This document shows, piece after piece, positions 1 through 9,573 of a stretch of DNA of 64,000 nucleotides. The number at the start of each line of letters is the position of its first letter. The stretch's first letter is position 1. The translations under genes were made by a program, and so were the position numbers. The stretch comes from Gemmatimonadota bacterium (GTDB lineage: Bacteria > Gemmatimonadota > Gemmatimonadetes > Palauibacterales > KS3-K002): assembly GCA_039586795.1 (NCBI GenBank), contig JBDHJS010000016.1, positions 64,001 to 128,000 of the forward strand, written 5' to 3'. Under the pieces are notes generated by a model that worked only from the letters and a program-made list of their open reading frames with translations, did no database searches and was not told the DNA's origin.

Positions 1-2
1 TG

Positions 3-677
3 GAGCGCCGGGCGGTGCGCGCCGGAGCTCAGGCGGCCGGTGCCAAAGAAGTCTATATGGTGGCCGAGCCGATGGCGGCGGCGATTGGGGTAGGTTTGCC
101 GGTGGAGACACCGACCGGAAACATGGTGATCGACATCGGCGGAGGTACGACGGAGATCGCTGTTATCGCTCTGGGTGGGATCGTCTCCGACACATCGATA
201 CGCGTGGGTGGTGACGAGATCGACGCGGCGATCATCACGTTTCTGCGGAAGAGCTACAACCTGCTGATCGGTGAACCGACAGCGGAAGCGATAAAGATTC
301 AGATCGGATCGGCGGCTCCGGTAGGCGACGAGCGGGAAATGGATGTAAAGGGTCGCGACCTGGTCTCCGGGATCCCGAAGACGGTGAGGATCCACTCGGA
401 GGAGGTACGGGAGCACATTCAGGAGCCGATTCTGCAGATCGTAGAAGCCGTTCGCCGTGCCCTTGAGATAACACCGCCCGAGCTTGCCAGCGACATCGTC
501 GATCGTGGGATCGTAATGACTGGGGGAGGCTCGTTGATCCGCGGCCTTGATCGCCTGCTTCAAGAGGAAACGAACCTACCGATCCACGTAGACGAGGAGC
601 CGCTGACATGTGTTGTCCGCGGTGCGGGGCGCATTCTCGATGACTTGCCCAGATATCGTGGAGTGCTGTCCGTCTGA
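3..677 (+). CDS. mreB: Rod shape-determining protein MreB (5' truncated by window)
   Basis: EPMAAAIG, DIGGGTTE and TGGGSLIRGLD actin-like motifs; followed by mreC/mreD/mrdA/rodA. Confidence 0.97.
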   Translation, partial: ERRAVRAGAQAAGAKEVYMVAEPMAAAIGVGLPVETPTGNMVIDIGGGTTEIAVIALGGIVSDTSIRVGGDEIDAAIITFLRKSYNLLIGEPTAEAIKIQIGSAAPVGDEREMDVKGRDLVSGIPKTVRIHSEEVREHIQEPILQIVEAVRRALEITPPELASDIVDRGIVMTGGGSLIRGLDRLLQEETNLPIHVDEEPLTCVVRGAGRILDDLPRYRGVLSV

Positions 678-1531
678 ATCGTTCCGGCAGTAACCCCGAG
701 TCCGGCGGCTGGCGAGTTGCGCGCCGTGACTTTCTTTTCCTGATCTTCCTCCTGCTCGCCGCGGTCGTGCTGATGGCGCTACCGCACGAGCGCCAGCTCG
801 CGATGGCGACGACGTTGCGTTCTTCTGTTCTCGTCCCGGTCCTCCGCCTACAAACCGCGTTCTCTGACATGAGCGCGATGCGCGTTCATCTTGAGGAGCT
901 TCGACGCGAGCGGGACAACCTGGCGGCCCGCGTTCTGGCTCTGCAGGGCGTAGATGAGGAGAACTCGCGGTTGCGGGCACTCATCGGCCTGGCCGAGCGC
1001 GGCGATGTGCTCTTCGTTCCTGCGAACCTCGATCCCGAGGGGCGAGCTGGGGAACGGGTCAAGCGGTCGTTCGTGCTCGACCGGGGCGCGTCCGACGGGA
1101 TCCTCAAGGACGCACCGGTGGTGGCACCGAGTGGCTTGGTCGGCGTGGTTCGGATCGCTGCTCAAGGGCAAGCGACAGGGGACTTCTGGACGCACCCCGA
1201 TTTCCGCGCCAGCGCGATGACGGCCGACGGTCGCGTTTTCGGGATCATCAGGCCGCAGAGCGGGCAGTCGGTGATGGTGCTGGATGGGGCCCCCTATCAG
1301 GTAGAGCTGGATCCAGGGACGGAGATCGTCACCTCGGGTATGGGCGGCGTGTTCCCCCGGGGCATTCCGATCGGTCGAGTCGTCGAAGAGTTGAGCCAGC
1401 AGGCCGGCTGGGCAAAGAGCTATACCGTGCAGCCGGCGGTATATCCGGATGCGGTTCGCGAGGTCATGGTGGTGATCGAAGCCGGTGATGCCGATCTGAC
1501 CGCGGTATGGACGGTCGAGGACGAGGAATGA
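674..1531 (+). CDS. mreC: Rod shape-determining protein MreC (probable CTG start at 674; ORF track starts at 767)
   Basis: N-terminal TM, coiled coil EENSRLRALI, DRGASDG, TSGMGGVFPRGIPIG; position after mreB. Confidence 0.93.
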   Translation: MNRSGSNPESGGWRVARRDFLFLIFLLLAAVVLMALPHERQLAMATTLRSSVLVPVLRLQTAFSDMSAMRVHLEELRRERDNLAARVLALQGVDEENSRLRALIGLAERGDVLFVPANLDPEGRAGERVKRSFVLDRGASDGILKDAPVVAPSGLVGVVRIAAQGQATGDFWTHPDFRASAMTADGRVFGIIRPQSGQSVMVLDGAPYQVELDPGTEIVTSGMGGVFPRGIPIGRVVEELSQQAGWAKSYTVQPAVYPDAVREVMVVIEAGDADLTAVWTVEDEE

Positions 1532-2001
1532 TCGTCGTCGAGCGACGCGGAATCCGGGCGGGGGTCATCCTGATGATCCTGCTTCTCGCGTTCCTGCACT
1601 TCCTGCTTGGCCCGTTGTTCGATTCATGGTTCTTCAGCCCCAATCTGTTGGTGTGTGGCGTGCTGCTGGCGGCTCGCCAGATTCGACCGGCTGGAGCCGC
1701 ATCGATCGGGTTCGTTATGGGCCTGCTCGAGGATGCGATGGTCGTCAGCCATTTCGGACTGGCAGCGCTACTGCTGTTGTTGCTTGGCTACCTGGGTTCG
1801 CTGACTCGCGATCTATTCGTGGGCGAGGAGTTGCTGTTCATGGGTACATACCTGTTCGTCGGGACGTGGTTGTACGAGGCGGCGGCCTTCCTGGCGATCG
1901 GCGGTAACTCTTTGATGTTCGTGTTTCTGCAGGCGCCGCTCGACGCACTGGCGACTGGCGCTGTTGGTTATCTGATGATTCCGTTCATGAGGCCGAGATG
2001 A
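1528..2001 (+). CDS. mreD: Rod shape-determining protein MreD
   Basis: Hydrophobic ~157 aa protein with GFVMGLLED motif; ATGA overlaps with mreC and mrdA. Confidence 0.85.
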   Translation: MIVVERRGIRAGVILMILLLAFLHFLLGPLFDSWFFSPNLLVCGVLLAARQIRPAGAASIGFVMGLLEDAMVVSHFGLAALLLLLLGYLGSLTRDLFVGEELLFMGTYLFVGTWLYEAAAFLAIGGNSLMFVFLQAPLDALATGAVGYLMIPFMRPR

Positions 2002-3797
2002 GCCCGGTCATTGAGACGAGCGAGACCCAGAGAAAAGGCAGGGCGCGGATCGCGCGCTGGGTGGCGGCGCTGGTCATCCTCGGGCTCGCCGTGCAGTTCT
2101 TCCGGGTCCAGATCCTCAAGGGTACGACGTACGCCCTCCGATCCGAGGACAATCGAATTCGAAGCCTGCCGCTCCCGGCTGCACGTGGTACGATCTACGA
2201 CCGCAACGGAGCCGTTATCGCCGAGAACGTCCCCGGCTATTCCATAGCTGTTCTGCCGCTCTCGATCGACTCGCTTCGTGTGGCGCTGGAGGAGCTGGCT
2301 GTGGTCCTCGGTCACTCGAACGAGAAGATCGATGCGTTGATGGAGACCTACCGCCAGCACCCCAACCGACCGATCACGGTGGAGAGCGACGCTACTTTTG
2401 CCGAAGTCTCAGCCATCGAGGAGCATCGGGCACACTTGCCCGGCGGCATCGTCATCGAAGCGGCGCCCAAGCGGCACTACCCGTTCGGCGAATTGCTGGC
2501 CCACGTGATCGGGTACATAGCCGAGATCAGCGACGAAGAGCTGGCGCTGCCCGAGTTCGAGGATTATGGCCCGGGCCGCCTGGTGGGGCAGACCGGGGTC
2601 GAGCGAGTCTACGATCGGCAGCTCGCCGGTACGCCTGGCGTGCGCTACGTGGAGGTCAACGCTTTGGGCAGAGTGGTCGGTGATTTCGGGGGACGCTCGT
2701 CATTGCCTGCGGTGCCCGGCAACGATCTGCGCCTGAACATCGACATAGGGCTCCAGAGCTACATCGCCGAGCTGTTCCCCGACACGATGCGGGGCGCAGT
2801 CGTGGCGCTCGAACCGTCTACCGGCGCCGTGCTGGCGATGTACAGTGCGCCTAGCTTCGATCCCAATGTGTTCCTTGGAGGGGTGGAGCCGGCCGAATGG
2901 CGGGCGCTGAATACCGATCCCGGACGGCCGATGTTCAACCGGGCGGTGACAGCGACGTATGCCCCGGGGTCAACGTTCAAGCTAGTGATCGCCGGGATCG
3001 CTATGAAGGAAGGCGATGCGGAGATCGACACAAAGATGCCGATCGTCTGCCGCGGAGCGCTCATGTACTACGGTCGAGTGTTCCACGACTGGACGCCGTC
3101 AGGGCATGGCGACCTCGATTTGAACGGTGCGATCCGCGAAAGCTGCGATGTCTATTTCTACCAGCTGGGGCTGAAGGTGACCCTGAACGAGGTGCTCGCC
3201 AGTACGCCCGAGTTCGGCTTCGGGAGGCCAACAGGTATCGATTTGCCCTCCGACATCAGCGGTGCTTTCCCACCCGACACCGCCTGGTACACGCGACGCT
3301 ATGGACCGAGCGGTTGGACCAATTCGGTCGTCCTGAATCTCGCCATCGGGCAAGGCGAAAACGCGCAGAGCCCGCTCAAGATGAGTCAGGTCTTCGCCGC
3401 GCTAGCCACCGACGGAACGCTGCCAACGCCCAGAGTGAGCGCAAATGGTGGGCCGGCGGAACCCGCCGGACGGTTGCCTCTGACTCAGGAGCAGCTGGAG
3501 CAGCTGAAATTCGCGCTTGTCGAGGTCGTCAACTCATCGACGGGCACCGCCAGAGGGTCGCGCGTGTGGAACTGGACGATGGCCGGGAAGACGGGGACAT
3601 CCCAGAACCCGCACGGGCTGGACCATGCCTGGTTCGTGGGATTCGCGCCGGCCGAAGATCCAGTCATCGTCGCCGCGGCGATCGTCGAGCACGGTGAACA
3701 CGGATCCTCGGCAGCGGCGCCGATCGTTTCGCGCCTGATCGCTCGTTATCTGGAGAATCAGCAGTCGACCGCAAGTGAAGAGCCGACGGTCGAATGA
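1998..3797 (+). CDS. mrdA: Penicillin-binding protein 2
   Basis: RGTIYDRNG, STFK (SxxK), SCD, KTGT motifs; mre operon context. Confidence 0.96.
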   Translation: MSPVIETSETQRKGRARIARWVAALVILGLAVQFFRVQILKGTTYALRSEDNRIRSLPLPAARGTIYDRNGAVIAENVPGYSIAVLPLSIDSLRVALEELAVVLGHSNEKIDALMETYRQHPNRPITVESDATFAEVSAIEEHRAHLPGGIVIEAAPKRHYPFGELLAHVIGYIAEISDEELALPEFEDYGPGRLVGQTGVERVYDRQLAGTPGVRYVEVNALGRVVGDFGGRSSLPAVPGNDLRLNIDIGLQSYIAELFPDTMRGAVVALEPSTGAVLAMYSAPSFDPNVFLGGVEPAEWRALNTDPGRPMFNRAVTATYAPGSTFKLVIAGIAMKEGDAEIDTKMPIVCRGALMYYGRVFHDWTPSGHGDLDLNGAIRESCDVYFYQLGLKVTLNEVLASTPEFGFGRPTGIDLPSDISGAFPPDTAWYTRRYGPSGWTNSVVLNLAIGQGENAQSPLKMSQVFAALATDGTLPTPRVSANGGPAEPAGRLPLTQEQLEQLKFALVEVVNSSTGTARGSRVWNWTMAGKTGTSQNPHGLDHAWFVGFAPAEDPVIVAAAIVEHGEHGSSAAAPIVSRLIARYLENQQSTASEEPTVE

Positions 3798-5029
3798 TCA
3801 GGGAGAAGGAAAGTCCGCTACTGGGGATCGGCGACGGAGTCATACTGTTGCTGGCGATCGCGCTCGCCTTCTTCGGTGTGGCGATGATCTATTCGGCTGG
3901 CGAGCTCGAGATACCGTCGTCGGTGACGGGGATATGGCGAAAGCAAGCGATCTGGCTCGCCGTTGCACTGCTAGCGTTTGCGTTGACGCTACGAGTGTCT
4001 CTGCGTTGGCTGGAGTGGGTCGCGCCGATCTCCTACGTGCTTGCTATCGTTCTCCTTGTAGCCGTTCTGTTCGTTAGTACTGGCAGCGGCCCGCGCAGTT
4101 GGATCCGGTTTGGCGGGGTCGGTTTCCAGCCGTCGGAGTTTGCGAAGCTAGCAACGATCTTGATGCTGGCGAAGCTGGTCGCTAACCGCGAGCGAGAGCC
4201 GGATCATCTCTGGGACCTCTGGCCGTACCTTGTGGTGACGCTGATTCCGTTCGCGCTCATCATGGCAGAGCCCGACCTCGGCACAGCTTCAGTCTTCGTC
4301 GCGATTCTTGTGGCGGCGCTCTATTGGTCTGGCCTCTCGATTCCAAAGCTGGTTCTGTTCCTTAGCCCCCTGGTGAGCCTGGCGCTGGCGTTTTCGACGC
4401 CGCTCTGGGGTCTCTGGTTCTTGCTTCTCGTGGCCTTTCTCTACCTCACGCGCTCCTACTTGATGGAGTCGTTGACGATCATCTTCGCGAATCTTGCCAT
4501 GGGCGTACTGGTTTTGCCGGCCTGGCGCAGCCTTGCCACATACCAGAAGGTTCGCATCCTCGCTTTCATCACTCCGGAAGCTGACCCTCAGGGAGCCGGT
4601 TGGCACCTCATTCAGTCGCAGGTCGCCATCGGATCGGGCGGCTGGTTGGGGAAAGGGTTCCTTCAGGGGACTCAAAAGCGACTCGCATTTCTGCCGGAAC
4701 AGCACACCGACTTTATCTTCGCGGTGGTGGGTGAAGAGTTTGGATTCTTCGGGATCAGCCTCGTGCTACTCGGCTTCATCATTTTGCTGTGGCGTGTGCT
4801 GCTCATAGCGGAGCGCTCGGAAGATACGTTCGCATCGATGGTCGTATTCGGGGTCGGCGCGTTCTGGTTCGCGCATCTCGTCGCGAACGTCGGAATGACG
4901 GTCGGGTTGCTGCCGATCACCGGGTTGCCACTGCCGTTCCTGAGTTATGGTGGCAGCTTTCTTCTCATGTCCTTCATCGCCTTGGCGATCGTTCAGCGCG
5001 TTGCCGTCGAAAACAGGGTCGGCGGCTAG
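3794..5029 (+). CDS. rodA: SEDS glycosyltransferase RodA
   Basis: FQPSEFAK, EPDLGT, FLPEQHTDFIF, LPFLSYGGS motifs; follows mrdA. Confidence 0.96.
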   Translation: MIREKESPLLGIGDGVILLLAIALAFFGVAMIYSAGELEIPSSVTGIWRKQAIWLAVALLAFALTLRVSLRWLEWVAPISYVLAIVLLVAVLFVSTGSGPRSWIRFGGVGFQPSEFAKLATILMLAKLVANREREPDHLWDLWPYLVVTLIPFALIMAEPDLGTASVFVAILVAALYWSGLSIPKLVLFLSPLVSLALAFSTPLWGLWFLLLVAFLYLTRSYLMESLTIIFANLAMGVLVLPAWRSLATYQKVRILAFITPEADPQGAGWHLIQSQVAIGSGGWLGKGFLQGTQKRLAFLPEQHTDFIFAVVGEEFGFFGISLVLLGFIILLWRVLLIAERSEDTFASMVVFGVGAFWFAHLVANVGMTVGLLPITGLPLPFLSYGGSFLLMSFIALAIVQRVAVENRVGG

Positions 5030-5143
5030 GCTGTCAGGCATTGCGGCGATAGGCAAAGCCTGTGATCTTTCAAAGCTCGATTATCGAGGGGTGCGGCCGG
5101 GAGGCCGCGGCCGTCAAGCAGAAATCCGCCCGATAGGCAGCGT

Positions 5144-5980
5144 ATGGCCTGGTTCCGTAAAGAAAAGAAGCGGCTCGTAAGACAGAAACGGGAGTTGCCA
5201 CCCGACGTGTGGACCAAGTGCGACTCGTGCGGGGAGATCATCTACCGCGAGAAACTTGCCGAGACGTTCTTCACGTGCCCGAAGTGCGAGTTCCATTTCC
5301 GGATCGGGCCGGAGGGCTATGCGGACTTGCTTCTCGACAACTCTCTGGAACAGGAATTCGATTCCGGGATGACCTCGGTCGATCCCCTGCGATTTCACGG
5401 ACCGACCGCGTACGCTGACCGATACGAGAAGGCGCTGAGAAAGAGCCCGCGCAAAGAGGCTGTGCTAACCGGCAGCGGCCACGTCAACGGGCTCGGCGTT
5501 TGTTTCGGTGTCATGGATTTCGGGTTCATTGGTGGCTCGATGGGCTCGGTCGTCGGCGAAAAGATCGCGCGTGTAGCCGAGGTTGCCCTCGATAGCAAGC
5601 AGCCGTTGATTCTCGTATCGGCATCCGGCGGAGCACGAATGATGGAAGGTGTGCTGTCGCTCATGCAGATGGCCAAGACGTCCAGCGCGCTTGGGCGTCT
5701 GCACAAATCGAGCATCCCATACCTCTCCGTTCTAACTCACCCGACAACCGGCGGCGTTACAGCTTCCTTCGCCATGCTCGGTGATGTCATCATCGCCGAA
5801 CCGGGCGCGTTGATCGGCTTTGCTGGCCCGCGAGTGATCGAGCAAACGATCGGCCAGGAGCTACCGGACGGGTTCCAACGAGCTGAGTTCCTGCTGGAGC
5901 ACGGAATGGTCGATGTCGTCGTCCCGAGACCGGAGCTCAAGACCACGACCTCCAGGTTGCTGCAGCATATGGTGGGGTGA
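5144..5980 (+). CDS. accD: Acetyl-CoA carboxylase carboxyltransferase beta subunit
   Basis: WTKCxxC...CPKC zinc ribbon, GGSMGSVVGEK, SGGARMMEG, PTTGGVTASF. Confidence 0.97.
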   Translation: MAWFRKEKKRLVRQKRELPPDVWTKCDSCGEIIYREKLAETFFTCPKCEFHFRIGPEGYADLLLDNSLEQEFDSGMTSVDPLRFHGPTAYADRYEKALRKSPRKEAVLTGSGHVNGLGVCFGVMDFGFIGGSMGSVVGEKIARVAEVALDSKQPLILVSASGGARMMEGVLSLMQMAKTSSALGRLHKSSIPYLSVLTHPTTGGVTASFAMLGDVIIAEPGALIGFAGPRVIEQTIGQELPDGFQRAEFLLEHGMVDVVVPRPELKTTTSRLLQHMVG

Positions 5981-6015
5981 TTCGCCCGCCGTCTACCGCC
6001 CACCGCCAGCCGTCA

Positions 6016-6021
6016 TATAAT
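6016..6021 (+). promoter_or_regulatory. Candidate -10 element TATAAT 8 nt before folC ATG (possible leaderless transcript)
   Basis: Perfect TATAAT in an AT-rich patch; no Shine-Dalgarno before ATG 6030; no good -35. Confidence 0.4.
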
Positions 6022-6029
6022 TAGGCGCC

Positions 6030-7364
6030 ATGAATAAGCTAAATGCTCCGGCGGTTGCATCGCTGGAGTCCCCGGACCTTGCCGGGTTGCTGGGTCTCAA
6101 GCCCACCGGCGAGATCCGTTGGGGACTGAGACGAACGCGGACCATGCTGCACGCGGTGGGCCGACCCCACATGGCGTTCAGGTCCATCCACATCGGTGGA
6201 ACGAACGGCAAGGGATCGGTGGCGGCGATGGTCGCGAGCGTTCTGCAGCGGGCGGGGAACAGGGTCGGTCTGTACACGTCGCCGCACCTGGTGGATTTCC
6301 GCGAGCGCATCCGCGTGTCCGGCCACGCGGTCGATGAGGAAGTGTTGGCCGCGGCGGCGCGGCGACTGAGGCCGGTAGCCGAAGAAGTGAACGCGACGTT
6401 CTTCGAGACGTCCACGGCGCTCGCGTTTCTCTGCTTCGCCGAGCTGGACGTCGAGTTTGTCGTCGCCGAAGTCGGCCTTGGGGGTCGCCTTGATGCGACG
6501 AATGTGTTGCTGCCGGATGTGGCGGCTATCACGAATGTGGCTTGGGACCATTCAGACTATCTGGGGCACACGCTTGCATCGATCGCGGGTGAGAAGGCCG
6601 GGATAGCCAAACCCGGAATACCTCTGGCGCTTGGCCGCCTCGATCCGGAAGCTGGACGCATAGTCCGTGAGACCGCGCAACGGGTGGGTGCGCCGCTTGC
6701 GCAGTTGGGATATGACGCTGGTGTGAGGCGTATTCGGACAAGCAAACGGCGAACGGAGATGGAATACGTGGGGCCGCTGTCCGACGAGCCGATCAACCTG
6801 AGTTTGCCGCTACTTGGCGCGCACCAGGCGTGGAACGCCGGGTTGGCGGCGCTCATCGTGCAGAGCGGTCCCGAGGAGTGGCGTCCCCAGCCGAACGAGA
6901 TTGCCCAGGGCATTGAAGGAGTCAGCTGGCCGGGCCGACTGCAGGTGGCGAAGAGACGTGACCGAACGTGGGTTCTCGATGTAGCTCACAACACGGTGGC
7001 CGTGGACGCGCTGGCCCAGGGTTTGACCGGTCTCGATCTGGACGGACCGTTCGCGTTGGTCGTCGCCATCATGGGTGACAAGCCCTGGCCTGAGATGTTG
7101 CCGCCGCTGATGGCGTTTGCCGATGCCTCCATCTTCACAGTCGCCCCAAGCTCGCCGCCGGAGCGGCGCTGGGATGCGGAGAGCGTTGCCGGCGCGATCT
7201 CGAGTTACTCCGTCGAGGTGATCGTTGACTTCGAACAGGCGTTGAAACGGGCTGCGGAGCTAGCGCCGACGATCGTTGTCACGGGATCGAATCACACGGT
7301 GGGTGACGCAATGAAACTCCTGGATATCCCGGTCGGGTTGCTGGGCCTGAGCCGGGGCGGATAG
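6030..7364 (+). CDS. folC: Folylpolyglutamate synthase/dihydrofolate synthase
   Basis: GTNGKGS, YTSPHL, EVGLGGRLDATN, WPGRLQ, LDVAHN; classic accD-folC order. Confidence 0.96.
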   Translation: MNKLNAPAVASLESPDLAGLLGLKPTGEIRWGLRRTRTMLHAVGRPHMAFRSIHIGGTNGKGSVAAMVASVLQRAGNRVGLYTSPHLVDFRERIRVSGHAVDEEVLAAAARRLRPVAEEVNATFFETSTALAFLCFAELDVEFVVAEVGLGGRLDATNVLLPDVAAITNVAWDHSDYLGHTLASIAGEKAGIAKPGIPLALGRLDPEAGRIVRETAQRVGAPLAQLGYDAGVRRIRTSKRRTEMEYVGPLSDEPINLSLPLLGAHQAWNAGLAALIVQSGPEEWRPQPNEIAQGIEGVSWPGRLQVAKRRDRTWVLDVAHNTVAVDALAQGLTGLDLDGPFALVVAIMGDKPWPEMLPPLMAFADASIFTVAPSSPPERRWDAESVAGAISSYSVEVIVDFEQALKRAAELAPTIVVTGSNHTVGDAMKLLDIPVGLLGLSRGG

Positions 7365-7373
7365 ATTCGCGCG

Positions 7374-8678
7374 ATGGCTGATCTCAAGGGATTACCAGGC
7401 TTCAGAGACTTCTATCCGCCGGATCTGGCGGTGCGCTCGTATTTGATGGGCGTTTGGCGCGTGGTAGCGGGCCGATACGGTTTCGAGGAGTACGATGGTC
7501 CGCCCCTCGAGGCCCTGGAGATCTACACGCGTAAATCTGGCGAAGAGATCGTCCAGCAGCTGTACGAGTTCGAGGATAAAGGTGGCCGCCGGGTCGCGCT
7601 GCGCCCCGAGATGACGCCAACACTCGCGCGCATGGTGGGAGCGCGAGCTCGGGCGCTACCGAAGCCGATCCGCTGGTACTCCATGCCGCAGCTATTCCGC
7701 TACGAGCGAAAGCAACGCGGACGGCTACGGGAGCACTTCCAGCTCAACATGGATATCCTGGGTGAGACGGACGTGCTGGCGGATGCCGAATTGCTGGCAG
7801 CGGCGATAGACATTTGCCGGGAAACTGGACTCGATTCTACTCAGGTTCGGGCTCGGGTTTCCGACCGGCGGGTACTCGCGGCGATCTTTGTCCACCTGGG
7901 AGTCCCGGACGAGAAGCTTGAGGCCGTCTATACCGCCGTGGACAAGCTCGAGCGAGAGCCTCGCTCGCGGCTAGAGAAGCAGTTGGGCGAGTTGGGGCTG
8001 GAGTCATCGGCGATCGATGGGATTCTCGAGGTCACCGACCTGCGCGGTATCGATGGGCTCGAGAAGCGATACGGTGCCGTCGAGAGCATCGCGGAGCGCA
8101 TCGCCGAGTTGTCTGCGTACCTCGAACACCTCGACGACCTCGGCGTCGGTGAGTACGTGGATGTCGATCTGTCCATCGTCAGAGGGCTGGCGTACTACAC
8201 CGGTATCGTGTTCGAGTTGTGGGACGCGAGGCGCGAACTACGGGCGATCTGTGGTGGCGGCCGCTACGATAGCCTGTTGCAGTTGGTCTCGGGCGTCGAA
8301 ATGCCCGCGCTCGGCTTCGGAATGGGAGATGTGGTGCTCGGCGAGCTGCTGCGTGACCATGAGTTGTTGCCGGACTTCGAAGCAGGTGTGGATTGCTATA
8401 TCGCCTACATGGGCGACGAGGCGCGGCGCGTCGCCTTGCGCGGAGCGCGTGAACTGCGCAGTGCGGGCTACTCGGTGTTGTACGACTTCCGTGAGCGGCG
8501 GTTGGGCAATCAGATGAAGGCCGCGAACCAGCTGGGTGCAAGATACGCGGTGATATTCGGGCCTCAGGAGGTAGAGGATGGCCAGGCTCGAATCCGTGAT
8601 ATGTCCAGCGGAGACGAACAAGTAGTCGGTTTCGAAGAACTAGTGAACACGCTCAAAAAGGATGGAAGCGCTGACTAG
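7374..8678 (+). CDS. hisS: Histidine--tRNA ligase
   Basis: LRPEMTP, FRYERKQRGRLREHFQ, RGLAYYTG, GGGRYD motifs. Confidence 0.97.
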   Translation: MADLKGLPGFRDFYPPDLAVRSYLMGVWRVVAGRYGFEEYDGPPLEALEIYTRKSGEEIVQQLYEFEDKGGRRVALRPEMTPTLARMVGARARALPKPIRWYSMPQLFRYERKQRGRLREHFQLNMDILGETDVLADAELLAAAIDICRETGLDSTQVRARVSDRRVLAAIFVHLGVPDEKLEAVYTAVDKLEREPRSRLEKQLGELGLESSAIDGILEVTDLRGIDGLEKRYGAVESIAERIAELSAYLEHLDDLGVGEYVDVDLSIVRGLAYYTGIVFELWDARRELRAICGGGRYDSLLQLVSGVEMPALGFGMGDVVLGELLRDHELLPDFEAGVDCYIAYMGDEARRVALRGARELRSAGYSVLYDFRERRLGNQMKAANQLGARYAVIFGPQEVEDGQARIRDMSSGDEQVVGFEELVNTLKKDGSAD

Positions 8679-9231
8679 TGCGGGAAGAGAATATCGGCGG
8701 CTAGGTGGAGCACTGTGGCTCTTCGTGATTGTCCCACTCGTGAGTGGCGCGACCCTGGGTTGCATTGGGGAGCAATCGATGCCTGGAAGCGATGAGCCGG
8801 AGGAAGAAGAAATCGAGCTACCGTTCGACCCCGATGAGGTCCACGGCGAGCCCCTGGTCGATACGGCGACGACGCTCAGGTATCACGCATTCGAACGGCG
8901 GGTTGAAAGCGAACACCCTCGGAAGATGTTCTTCAGGATCATGGTGCTCGAGGAAGGCGGCCAGGATCAGTTGAGCAGGACGCTCCGCCTGGCGATCGAT
9001 TCCATCGCTCGCGCCGACTCGAGTCTCGTCGCGATGCGCGCCGCCATGTACACCTTCAGGCCCACCGGCCCGCGGCGCGGTGTTCTGACAGCACGCGTCT
9101 GGGCGGAGTGGTTGCCGCCAGTCGGGTGGGACGAAGCAGGGACCGCGGCGGATACCAGCTCGGCTCCCAACCGTACGTACCTCTGGGACCGGCCGCGGGC
9201 TTGGTATACGTCACCTTCGGGTGGGGGGTGA
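8662..9231 (+). CDS. Hypothetical protein, probable lipoprotein
   Basis: Hydrophobic stretch ending LGC, then an acidic linker; overlaps hisS stop. Confidence 0.6.
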   Translation: MEALTSAGREYRRLGGALWLFVIVPLVSGATLGCIGEQSMPGSDEPEEEEIELPFDPDEVHGEPLVDTATTLRYHAFERRVESEHPRKMFFRIMVLEEGGQDQLSRTLRLAIDSIARADSSLVAMRAAMYTFRPTGPRRGVLTARVWAEWLPPVGWDEAGTAADTSSAPNRTYLWDRPRAWYTSPSGGG

Positions 9232-9526
9232 AGCATCGGTGAGTGACGAAGGCGATATCCAGGCGCCGTCGGGCGATGTGATCGCACGTGGGCTAACCTC
9301 AGCTTGGGAGCGGCTCGGGCCGCTCAGCACGGGAGCGGTTGCCACGAGCTTGCTACTGGTAACCGGTGGGCGACTCTTCGGTCGCGCCGTCGGGCTGGGT
9401 GTCGGGCGCCGATTCGGCCTGTCGGCCGCTGTCGGGATGCTGTCGCTTGGGCTCTGGCTGGTGACCGGCCCCGGCAAAGCCGCCAATTCGGAACGTGAGG
9501 GCGCTGACCGCGCCGCAGACAACTGA
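9221..9526 (+). CDS. Small hypothetical membrane protein (start uncertain)
   Basis: Two Gly-rich hydrophobic segments; fills gap before proS in same orientation. Confidence 0.45.
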   Translation: MGGEASVSDEGDIQAPSGDVIARGLTSAWERLGPLSTGAVATSLLLVTGGRLFGRAVGLGVGRRFGLSAAVGMLSLGLWLVTGPGKAANSEREGADRAADN

Positions 9527-9573
9527 GACAACAACGACTGCTCGAAGTTTGACCGGAGGGTTTGATAGAATCG

